DNA of 64,000 nt from Minisyncoccota bacterium (GTDB lineage: Bacteria; Patescibacteriota; Minisyncoccia; Phycocordibacterales; UBA9973): the NCBI GenBank assembly GCA_041650615.1, contig JBAZKU010000001.1:249216-313215 (forward strand), written 5' to 3'. Position 1 is the stretch's first letter. Every line of letters begins with the position of its first letter. The translations under genes were made by a program, and so were the position numbers. A model generated the notes under the pieces. The model made no database searches. It was not told the origin of the DNA and saw nothing but the letters and a program-made list of their open reading frames with translations. Below are positions 56,331 through 64,000 of this stretch, piece by piece.

Positions 56331-57665
56331 TCAAAATTTGTAAAGGGTATCATGCGAAGCAAACTTAGTTAAAAATTCTTTCTTAAACTCAAAAAATTTA
56401 TCATCTAAAATTGACTGGCGAATATCATCCACCAGATGAGTGATAAAGTATAGATTATGAATTGAAGCAAGTGTTCCGGCTAACATTTCCTTGCCGTGAA
56501 AAAGATGCGCGATATAAGCTTTTGTGTAGTTCTTGCAAGAATAACATTCGCAATCCTTTTCAATTGGCGAAAAATCATTTCTGAATTTTGTATTCATAAT
56601 GCTTATTTTCCCGTTTTTGGTATAAATTGTTCCATTTCTGCCAAGTCGGGTCGGTAAAACACAATCAAAAAGATCCACTCCGTTTTCTATTCCCATAAAT
56701 AAATCTTCCGGTTCCCCTATGCCAAGCAGATGGCGAGGTTTTTCTTCCGGCAAAATTTCATTCACCCATTTCACGGCCGAAGACATATCTTCTTTGGCAA
56801 ACGAACCACCGATACCAAAGCCGTCAAAACTTCTTCCATTCACATTTATTTCCGAAATAATTTTAGCGGATTTTTTTCGTAAAGATTCCTCGCGTCCTCC
56901 TTGCACGATACCGAATAATGCCGGAGAAAAATCTCTTTTAGAGGGTGTCTCGCAGCGCGACGGCGCGAGAGGCAGCGCTCCGTCAGCAGACGGAGACAGC
57001 GACCCTATAAAAGAGGAATTTTCTCCGGCGCTAGAAAGCAGCAATTTCTGATGCTCCTTTAAACTCCTCTCCGCCCAGCGATGTGTGCGCTCCAGGGCTT
57101 CTTTCTGATATTTTAGGTCTTCGGTGGGACTGGTGCATTCATCAAAGGCAAAAATAATATCCGCGCCCAAATTGTGTTGGATTTGAATAGATTTCTCCGG
57201 AGTGATGTAATGAATGCTGCCATCTAAATGAGATTTGAAGGAAACTCCATCTTGTCCTATTTTTGCCAGTCTGGGAGCATCAGAATCATCAAATCGTTCC
57301 GGAATTAAAAGTGAAGGGTCAATTATTTTTGTAATTTTAGAAATGTCTTTTCCATAAGCAGCGCCCAAAGAAAAAACTTGAAAACCTCCGGAGTCTGTCA
57401 TCGTAGGTCCTGCCCAATTCATAAACTTACCGATACCTCCCGCGTCACGCACTATTTCATCTCCTGGTTGTAAATATAAATGATAAGTATTACCAAGTAC
57501 CACTTGCACGCCAATATCTTTTACTTGCTCTGGGTTTAAAGATTTTACCGTTGCTTTCGTCCCCACCGCCACAAAAGCCGGGGTTTTTATTTTTCCATGC
57601 GAAGTTGTTATTATTCCCACTCTTCCTAAACTATTTTTTAATTTTTTTTCAATTTTAAAATTCAT
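56331..57665 (-). CDS. tgt: tRNA-guanine transglycosylase with 36-aa in-frame insert
   Basis: NTYHL, TDSGGFQVFS, GIVQGG, FDCVLPTR, CECYSC...H. Confidence 0.97.
   Translation of the reverse strand: MNFKIEKKLKNSLGRVGIITTSHGKIKTPAFVAVGTKATVKSLNPEQVKDIGVQVVLGNTYHLYLQPGDEIVRDAGGIGKFMNWAGPTMTDSGGFQVFSLGAAYGKDISKITKIIDPSLLIPERFDDSDAPRLAKIGQDGVSFKSHLDGSIHYITPEKSIQIQHNLGADIIFAFDECTSPTEDLKYQKEALERTHRWAERSLKEHQKLLLSSAGENSSFIGSLSPSADGALPLAPSRCETPSKRDFSPALFGIVQGGREESLRKKSAKIISEINVNGRSFDGFGIGGSFAKEDMSSAVKWVNEILPEEKPRHLLGIGEPEDLFMGIENGVDLFDCVLPTRLGRNGTIYTKNGKISIMNTKFRNDFSPIEKDCECYSCKNYTKAYIAHLFHGKEMLAGTLASIHNLYFITHLVDDIRQSILDDKFFEFKKEFLTKFASHDTLYKF
56921..57028 (-). repeat. 108-bp structured element in-frame in tgt
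   Basis: Colinear with 6896-7003, with compensatory stem changes. Confidence 0.9.
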
Positions 57666-58474
57666 TATCTCTCCACTTCCACAAATTTCAATTCTTGAAT
57701 ATTCACCGGACTGGCAAACAATGCTTTTTGGAAAGCATCGCGCGGGTCAGAAATTATTGTTTGCACTGTCGCGACTAAATACGGCGTGATTCCGGGCAAA
57801 ACTGCTTCAACCCCTTTTTCTAAAATAAAATCTCTCGGTAAAATCATTTCAAAATTTCCTCCGCCCCGCCCGATTAATTGCATAAAAATATCCTCTCCAG
57901 TTATGACTACTTCGGTTTTTTCTCCCGGATTTGAATACAAAATAACTTTAGAAGAACTTGTATTGATTTCTGCAACACGTCCGATCGGTATATTTCCCAA
58001 AGCAAAAACTTTTTGTCCTGACAATATTCCATCTTCTGTACCCACATCAATAACCAGCGTGTCATAGGGAGATTTATTCGGTTTAGATAAAATATTGGCT
58101 AAAACCATATTTGTTTTTTCATTTTTCCCTGCCTGCGCAGGCAGGCGTCCCAAAATTTCTTTTATTTTAAAATTCTCATCCAAAACGGAATTATAATTTG
58201 TCATTCTCGCTTCTTGCTCATTTAATTTTGATTTTAAACTTTCATTTTCTAAGAGAAGAGATTTTTTAGAATAAAAATAGGAACCGATATTTGATAATTT
58301 TTCACTAATATTATTTCCTAAAATTAAAACGGGGTGGAAAATAACAGATGAGAGATAAGAAAATCCTTGAAAAATGGGGCTTCTAAAATAGATTAAGGTA
58401 AACAAAACTATAATAAAAATTATATATTTAAAATATTTATTTCTTTTTATCTTTTTATCTAGGAGGTAATTCAT
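57665..58474 (-). CDS. mreC: Rod shape-determining protein MreC
   Basis: TM, coiled coil, IDVGTEDGI; downstream of mreB. Confidence 0.9.
   Translation of the reverse strand: MNYLLDKKIKRNKYFKYIIFIIVLFTLIYFRSPIFQGFSYLSSVIFHPVLILGNNISEKLSNIGSYFYSKKSLLLENESLKSKLNEQEARMTNYNSVLDENFKIKEILGRLPAQAGKNEKTNMVLANILSKPNKSPYDTLVIDVGTEDGILSGQKVFALGNIPIGRVAEINTSSSKVILYSNPGEKTEVVITGEDIFMQLIGRGGGNFEMILPRDFILEKGVEAVLPGITPYLVATVQTIISDPRDAFQKALFASPVNIQELKFVEVER
58128..58145. repeat. 18-bp perfect palindrome in-frame in mreC (LPAQAG)
   Basis: CCTGCCTGCGCAGGCAGG. Confidence 0.75.
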
Positions 58475-59501
58475 CTTGATTCCTAATTAAAATTTCACTA
58501 TAGGATGGAATATCATCTAAAATAACACCTGTTCCGCGAGCAACAGCGGTAAGTGGATCATCTACCACAAAAACTGGAATTTTGAGAGTATTTTGTAAAA
58601 GCTCTCCGAGCCCTCCCAATAAGGCTCCACCACCAGAGAGAGTAATACCTTTGTGCATTATGTCGGATAAAATTTCAGGAGGTGTTGTTTCCAATAAATC
58701 TTTTACCCCTTCTACAAGCCCTTTGATTGATAATGAAAACGCCTCACGAATGTCGGAATCTGTCACTACCACTTCACGAGGAAGACCTGTCAACAAATCA
58801 CGTCCGCGGACTTCTGTTTCCATATATTCCCCGGGAAGAACAGAGCCAATAACTATTTTTACCATTTCAGCCGTGGTTTCGCCGATTAAAATTTTAAATT
58901 CATCTCTCATATAGGTGATGATGTCATTATTAAATCTATCGCCAGCCACCTTCAAATTTTTTGATTTAACAATTCCACCCAAAGAAATAACTGCAATATC
59001 TGTCGTTCCCCCTCCAATGTCTATAATCATAGAACCGACAGGATCTTTGATAGGAAGTCTTACACCAATAGCTGCTGCCATAGGCTCTTCCACTAAAAGC
59101 ACTTCCCGCGCACCGGCTGAACGAGCAGCATCATAAACAGCGCGAGTCTCCACATTGGTCGTGCCAGACGGAACACCAATCAAAACTCTTGGTCTGGCAA
59201 GTTTTTTAGACATTTTATCCGCCTTGTTTATTAAATATGAAAGCATTTCCTCCGTAACTTCAAAATCCGAAATAACCCCGTCTACAAGCGGAAGAACAGC
59301 TTTGATGTGCCCCGGAGTTCGTCCAAGCATCTCTTTCGCTTTTTCACCCACTGCTAAAATTTGATTGGTTTTAATATTTACCGCTACTACTGAAGGTTCA
59401 TTTATGACAATGCCATGACCTTTCAAATATACCAAGGTAGTTGATGTACCTAAGTCTATACCGATGTCATTGGAAATTAATTTGTAAATTTTATCAAACA
59501 T
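58455..59501 (-). CDS. mreB: Rod shape-determining protein MreB
   Basis: GIDLGT, EPSVVA, EEPMAAAIG, DIGGGTT, GGGALL. Confidence 0.98.
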   Translation of the reverse strand: MFDKIYKLISNDIGIDLGTSTTLVYLKGHGIVINEPSVVAVNIKTNQILAVGEKAKEMLGRTPGHIKAVLPLVDGVISDFEVTEEMLSYLINKADKMSKKLARPRVLIGVPSGTTNVETRAVYDAARSAGAREVLLVEEPMAAAIGVRLPIKDPVGSMIIDIGGGTTDIAVISLGGIVKSKNLKVAGDRFNNDIITYMRDEFKILIGETTAEMVKIVIGSVLPGEYMETEVRGRDLLTGLPREVVVTDSDIREAFSLSIKGLVEGVKDLLETTPPEILSDIMHKGITLSGGGALLGGLGELLQNTLKIPVFVVDDPLTAVARGTGVILDDIPSYSEILIRNQDELPPR

Positions 59502-59516
59502 AAAATAATTCGCGTT

Positions 59517-60773
59517 TTAATTTTTTGATTTTCGAATATTCATTATCTCGTCCAAGGTGACAATCTTTCCTTTTTCCTCTGTCCTTTTCTTTAGTTCTAT
59601 GCCCCCTTCTTTAATGCTTCTTTCTGAAACAACAGCGCGATAAAAAATACCCAGTAAATCGGCTTCGGCAAATTTTTCTCCGGCAGAAATTTCTTTTCTG
59701 TCGTCAAAAAGCACCTCATGAACTTTGGAAAGGCTTTCATAGATTTTCTCTGCTTCGGCTAAAACTTCTTTATTGTCCCCTAAAACAAGCAAGTGAAAAT
59801 GGAAAGGAGTAATAGATTCAGGCCAAATTATCCCTTTATTATCAGATAACACTTCTACAACTGTACCCATCAATCGGCCGAGTCCAATACCATAACTGCC
59901 CATTATTACTGGCTTTTCTTCGCCATTTTCGTCTTTATATTTCAAATCAAAAGGAGCTGAAAATTTTGTCCCGAGCGAAAAAATATTTCCTACCTCTATC
60001 GCTCTTTTTTCAACCAAATTTTTTTTCTCCAAATTCAGTTTTTTCAAAGTTTCATCATTCAGAACTTCCTTATTGACAGCTATATTTTTATTTTCATCAA
60101 CATAGATTGTATCTTCACCAGTACTGGTAATTGTTTGAAATTCATGAGAAAACTTTGAAAAATTTCCACCAGAAGCAAAAGTTAAATAAGTTAGGTGACC
60201 AATTCCAGTTCTTCTGAAAATGTTTTGATAAGCAATTTTTGATTTTTCATAAAATTCGTTATGTTCTTTTTCATCTCTTGAAAAAGAATAAAGTGCTTTC
60301 CAGTAAAATTCTCTCCCCCTTAAAATTCCGGATTTGCTCCTCGCTTCATTCCTAAAAATATTTTTAAAATCATAAGGATACAACGGCAGATCTTTGTAAG
60401 AACTTATGTACTGCTTTAAAATATTTGAATAAGCTTCTTCGTTAGTAAAAGACAAACCAACCTCTCCTCCATTTTTTAATTTAGTTTTAAACCAGTTATC
60501 TACTATCTTATCATCCCATCTATTTGATTTTTCCCAAACTTCTTTATTTTGGAGAACGGATGTTCTCATTTCTATTCCGCCAATTTCGTTCATTTCCTCA
60601 CGAATGATATTTTCAATCTTATTTAAAACACGCAAACCAAGGGGTAAATACGAATATACTCCAGCCATTTCTTTATGAATAAAACCTCCACGGATAAGAA
60701 GTTCCGCGTTTTTTGACACTTCGTCCGAAGGAACTTCTTTCTTGGTTTTAGTAAAAAGTTTAGATTGTCTCAT
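59517..60773 (-). CDS. proS: Prolyl-tRNA synthetase (no editing insertion)
   Basis: MRQSKLF, LLIRGGFI, FRNEAR...RGREF, EVGNIF, MGSYGIG. Confidence 0.95.
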   Translation of the reverse strand: MRQSKLFTKTKKEVPSDEVSKNAELLIRGGFIHKEMAGVYSYLPLGLRVLNKIENIIREEMNEIGGIEMRTSVLQNKEVWEKSNRWDDKIVDNWFKTKLKNGGEVGLSFTNEEAYSNILKQYISSYKDLPLYPYDFKNIFRNEARSKSGILRGREFYWKALYSFSRDEKEHNEFYEKSKIAYQNIFRRTGIGHLTYLTFASGGNFSKFSHEFQTITSTGEDTIYVDENKNIAVNKEVLNDETLKKLNLEKKNLVEKRAIEVGNIFSLGTKFSAPFDLKYKDENGEEKPVIMGSYGIGLGRLMGTVVEVLSDNKGIIWPESITPFHFHLLVLGDNKEVLAEAEKIYESLSKVHEVLFDDRKEISAGEKFAEADLLGIFYRAVVSERSIKEGGIELKKRTEEKGKIVTLDEIMNIRKSKN

Positions 60774-60847
60774 AACCTTCATCTTAACCGAAAAAGGTCT
60801 TTTGGTCAAAGTTGCAAAAGAACGAATCTTCTGCTAGAATAACCCTT

Positions 60848-61576
60848 ATGCAAAAAGTAGAAAATAGAAATACGGGCGATTCCGTAAGTGTGGAAAAGAT
60901 GTTTGAGGCAGGGACGCACTATGGTTATGGAAAATCAAGAAGGCATCCTTCCGTTTCTTCACATATATATGCCACCAAAAATAATGGAGATATAATAGAC
61001 TTGGAAAAAACGAGTATTCAGCTTGCGCGCGCGGCAGAATTCGTTAAAAGTTTGGGCGCGCAAAATAAAACTATTCTTTTTGTCGGCACAAAGCCGGAAG
61101 CTAGAGAAGTGATAAAAAATACAGCCTTAAGTTTGAATATGCCTTATGTTAATGTGCGATGGATCGGAGGCACTTTAAGTAATTTTACGGAAATAAAAAA
61201 AAGAATTACTGAACTTGAAAATTACAATAAAGAAAATGCGGAAGGCGAACTTGAGAAATATACTAAAAAAGAAAGGGTGGTTTTGGCTAAAAAAATGGAG
61301 AAACTTTCAAAGTATTATGGGGGATTGCTTGGTTTAAAAAAGGTCCCTGATGTATTATTTATTATTGACTCTAAGGCGGAACATATAGCAGCTACCGAAG
61401 CTCAGAAATCAAGTATTCCCGTCATCGCATTGGCAAATTCTGATTCAAATATTAAAGATATTGATTATCCTATAGTCGGGAACGATTCCGGAATACCATC
61501 TATTAAACTTTTTACCGCTTCTATCGCCAGCGCCTATAAAGAGGGCACAATGTCTGTGCCTGTTAAAGAAAAATAA
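60848..61576 (+). CDS. rpsB: 30S ribosomal protein S2
   Basis: EAGTHYG, LFVGTK, RWIGGTLSNF, GND. Confidence 0.97.
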   Translation: MQKVENRNTGDSVSVEKMFEAGTHYGYGKSRRHPSVSSHIYATKNNGDIIDLEKTSIQLARAAEFVKSLGAQNKTILFVGTKPEAREVIKNTALSLNMPYVNVRWIGGTLSNFTEIKKRITELENYNKENAEGELEKYTKKERVVLAKKMEKLSKYYGGLLGLKKVPDVLFIIDSKAEHIAATEAQKSSIPVIALANSDSNIKDIDYPIVGNDSGIPSIKLFTASIASAYKEGTMSVPVKEK

Positions 61577-61580
61577 AAAT

Positions 61581-62360
61581 ATGTCTAAAGAGATAACTAC
61601 TAAGTTAATAAAGGAACTTAGAGATGCCACAGGCATTTCGGTAATGCAATGTAAAAATGCTCTAGAAGAGGCTTCTGGAGACATAAATAAGGCTCTTGCT
61701 ATTCTAAAAAAGACCAGTTCTGATATAGCCCTTAAAAAGGCAGACCGTAATGCTAAAGATGGAAGAGTTTGCATTAAAACAACAGGTAAAAAATCCATAC
61801 TGATTGCTTTACATTGCGAGACTGATTTTGTGTCTAGGAACGAAGACTTTGTAAATTTGCTTTCCAAATTAGTAGATATGGCACTTGAAGAAGGTATAGA
61901 GAAGATGAAAAAAAATGCCAAAGATATGATTGATCCTTTAATTCAGAAAACCGGAGAAAAAATAGAACTTGGCGATATATATGAGGTAAAAGGAGATATT
62001 TTAGGAAACTACGTCCATAACAATAAAATTGCCGTTATTGTTTCTTTAGATGGCGGGAATGAAGAACTTGCTCGTGATGTCGCTATGCATATTACCGCCA
62101 TGAAACCGGAATATATTTCTCAAGGTGAAATAACCGAAGATGCAAAAAGGATAATTACTGAAATTTTTCAGAAAGAAATCGCCGGTATAAATAAACCGGA
62201 AGAAATAAAGAAGAAAATGTTGGAAGGCAAAATAGCTACTTATTTCAGAGAGAAGACCTTAGTTGATCAAGCCTTTATAAAAGACCCAAACGAAACAGTA
62301 GGCAAACTTTTAGATAAAAATAAAGCAAAAATAAAAGAAGTAAAGCGTTACTCAATATAA
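61581..62360 (+). CDS. tsf: Elongation factor Ts
   Basis: IKELRDATG...CKNAL, CETDFV, AMHITA. Confidence 0.97.
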   Translation: MSKEITTKLIKELRDATGISVMQCKNALEEASGDINKALAILKKTSSDIALKKADRNAKDGRVCIKTTGKKSILIALHCETDFVSRNEDFVNLLSKLVDMALEEGIEKMKKNAKDMIDPLIQKTGEKIELGDIYEVKGDILGNYVHNNKIAVIVSLDGGNEELARDVAMHITAMKPEYISQGEITEDAKRIITEIFQKEIAGINKPEEIKKKMLEGKIATYFREKTLVDQAFIKDPNETVGKLLDKNKAKIKEVKRYSI

Positions 62361-62366
62361 AATATT

Positions 62367-62780
62367 ATGTATTTTCCTTTAATTTTATTCTTCCTGTCTC
62401 TCATTGGTATCATTATAATGATATGGCGCGAATTGGTACTCGTCAGAAACGGTCAAGTCGCAACAGCGCAACATTCGCACCCTTTTGTTCCGGAATTACA
62501 AAAAATAAAACACCTAACTTTTAAGAATATAAGAAGATTAGGTTATTTAACAATCTTTGTAACCCTCAGATTTTTTATTAAATCCTCAAATTTCTTAAAA
62601 ATTACCAGTAAAATGCTTTTGGAAGAATTAAAAAATAAGCTCAAAAAAAATAAGAATAGCTCTTTAGATGGAACAATAGAAAAAAAAGAGGTTTCAAAAT
62701 ATTTGAGAATAATCTCGGAATATCAACAAAAAATAAGAAAAATGAAACACAAAATAAAAGAAGAAGAGGGTATAAAATAA
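62367..62780 (+). CDS. Hypothetical membrane-anchored protein
   Basis: N-terminal TM, basic; follows tsf. Confidence 0.7.
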   Translation: MYFPLILFFLSLIGIIIMIWRELVLVRNGQVATAQHSHPFVPELQKIKHLTFKNIRRLGYLTIFVTLRFFIKSSNFLKITSKMLLEELKNKLKKNKNSSLDGTIEKKEVSKYLRIISEYQQKIRKMKHKIKEEEGIK

Positions 62781-62800
62781 GTGTGTTAATATAACGTTAT

Positions 62801-62873
62801 GCCACCTTAGCTCAGTTGGTAGAGCAACGCTTTTGTAAAGCGAAGGTCCTCAGTTCGAATCTGAGAGGTGGCT
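62801..62873 (+). tRNA. tRNA-Thr(TGT)
   Basis: GCCACCTTAGCTCAGTTGGTAGAGCAACGCTTTTGTAAAGCGAAGGTCCTCAGTTCGAATCTGAGAGGTGGCT. Confidence 0.94.
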
Positions 62874-63259
62874 CATAAATTAAATTTTCTTTCAACTTCC
62901 TTTATCTTATCCACCATTTGCATAGGATTATATTGGCTTTTCACAAGATAAAGTACTGCACCTAAACTTAGGGCCTTTTCAGCATCCGCTTCCCCAGCTA
63001 GATTGGTAAGCATAACCACCGGCACATTTTTTAGTTTTTCATTTTGTTTTATCTGCCTTAAAACTTCAAAACCGTTTACTTTAGGCATCATTACATCCAG
63101 AAGTATTACACCTGGAGCTGTTTCCATTTTCCCCAACTTTGAAAGCGCTTCCTCGCCATCAAGAACCATTTCCGGAACATAGCCATTTGCCTTTAAAACC
63201 CGTTCATACATACGAGTCATCAAGGGGTCATCTTCAGCCATAAAGATTGTTGTTGCCAT
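62873..63259 (-). CDS. Response regulator receiver
   Basis: AEDD, LLDVMMP, LTN, LVK. Confidence 0.92.
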   Translation of the reverse strand: MATTIFMAEDDPLMTRMYERVLKANGYVPEMVLDGEEALSKLGKMETAPGVILLDVMMPKVNGFEVLRQIKQNEKLKNVPVVMLTNLAGEADAEKALSLGAVLYLVKSQYNPMQMVDKIKEVERKFNL

Positions 63260-63283
63260 AGTTTTGTGAGATTATAATCTCTT

Positions 63284-63664
63284 TTACTTTTTTATTTTTA
63301 TAACTTCTTCCAATTTTTGCACTATTTCTTTCGGAGTATTTTCCATTTTTACCAGATAAAGGCTTACCCCGAGTTCGGAAAACTCTTTTTCATGTTCTTT
63401 CTCAAAAGAATTGGTAAGCACCACCACCGGCACCTCTTTTAATTCTTTGTAAGTGCGAATTTTCCTAAGTAAATCCAAACCGTTCATTTTAGGCATCATT
63501 ATATCTAGGGCTATTAGATCAGGCGGTGGATTCATTACCTCTAAAAGTTTTATTGCCTCTTCCCCATCATGAGCTACTAGAACTTCGTGATTTTCAAGAC
63601 GAAAGATACGCTCATACATTCGAGTAATAAAAACATCATCATCAATAATAAAAATTTTACTCAT
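63284..63664 (-). CDS. Response regulator receiver
   Basis: IDDD, ALDIMMP, LTN, LVK. Confidence 0.92.
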   Translation of the reverse strand: MSKIFIIDDDVFITRMYERIFRLENHEVLVAHDGEEAIKLLEVMNPPPDLIALDIMMPKMNGLDLLRKIRTYKELKEVPVVVLTNSFEKEHEKEFSELGVSLYLVKMENTPKEIVQKLEEVIKIKK

Positions 63665-63741
63665 CCCGTTAGAAATTTATACTAATTAATAATACTGGAC
63701 CTTTATATCCCGTTTTCAATATTTTCATTATTTCTAACGGG
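63665..63741. mobile_element. MITE-like element at receiver start codon
   Basis: CCCGTTAGAAAT...ATTTCTAACGGG flanked by a perfect ATGAGT direct repeat (minus strand). Confidence 0.8.
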
Positions 63742-63775
63742 ACTCATAATTTTATTTGGTTATCTTATAATTTTA

Positions 63776-64000
63776 TCACGCATTGAAGGGTAGTGTAAAG
63801 GCAAAAGTGCTACCTTTCCCCACCTCGCTTTTTTCAAGACCAATAGTCCCGCCCATTTTAGAAATAAGCAAACTGGAAATATAAAGACCGAGTCCTGTGC
63901 TTTTGCTGACGTCTCTGGCCAAGGTTTGCTCCCCGGCAGGTTGGAATTTCCTGAATAACAAACTCTCATTTTGTTTGGATATGCCAAGTCCGGTATCAAT
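63776..64000 (-). CDS. Sensor histidine kinase C-terminus (HATPase), truncated by window edge
   Basis: IDTGLGI...LFRKF...STGLGL...GSTFAFTLP. Confidence 0.92.
   Translation of the reverse strand: MDTGLGISKQNESLLFRKFQPAGEQTLARDVSKSTGLGLYISSLLISKMGGTIGLEKSEVGKGSTFAFTLPFNA

Noticed and set aside
1-64000. CRISPR array, rRNA genes, or UGA-recoded genetic code
   Set aside because: No regularly spaced repeats or rRNA-like tracts seen; conserved genes are full length in code 11 and TGA acts as a stop

Overview
AT-rich bacterial chromosomal segment in standard code 11. Gene content and style suggest a Patescibacteria (CPR), probably Parcubacteria-like, genome; this assignment is inference. It carries housekeeping genes (dnaE 3' part, pth, lepB, hisS, def, fmt, hpf, class II RNR, tgt, mreBC, proS, rpsB, tsf), five tRNAs (Asn, three Ala, Thr) and RNase P RNA. 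Also present are a SipW/TasA-like fibre operon, trehalose/GH130 sugar genes, a Znu/Zur zinc cluster, a REP-flanked RAYT (HUH) transposase, and a ~9 kb element at tRNA-Asn (serine recombinase, rolling-circle-type Rep, R-M pair, Panacea TA). The most striking signal is a set of small structured palindromic elements. (1) A 108-bp multi-hairpin element sits in-frame in both fmt and tgt, and 26 of its 28 differences are compensatory base-pair changes. (2) CCCGTTAGA...TCTAACGGG elements sit exactly at start codons with the first two codons duplicated. (3) AGG-N5-CCT REP-like hairpins match the RAYT flanks. (4) CCYGCC...GGCRGG mini-palindromes are translated inside proteins. (5) Structured inserts duplicate and invert tRNA ends.
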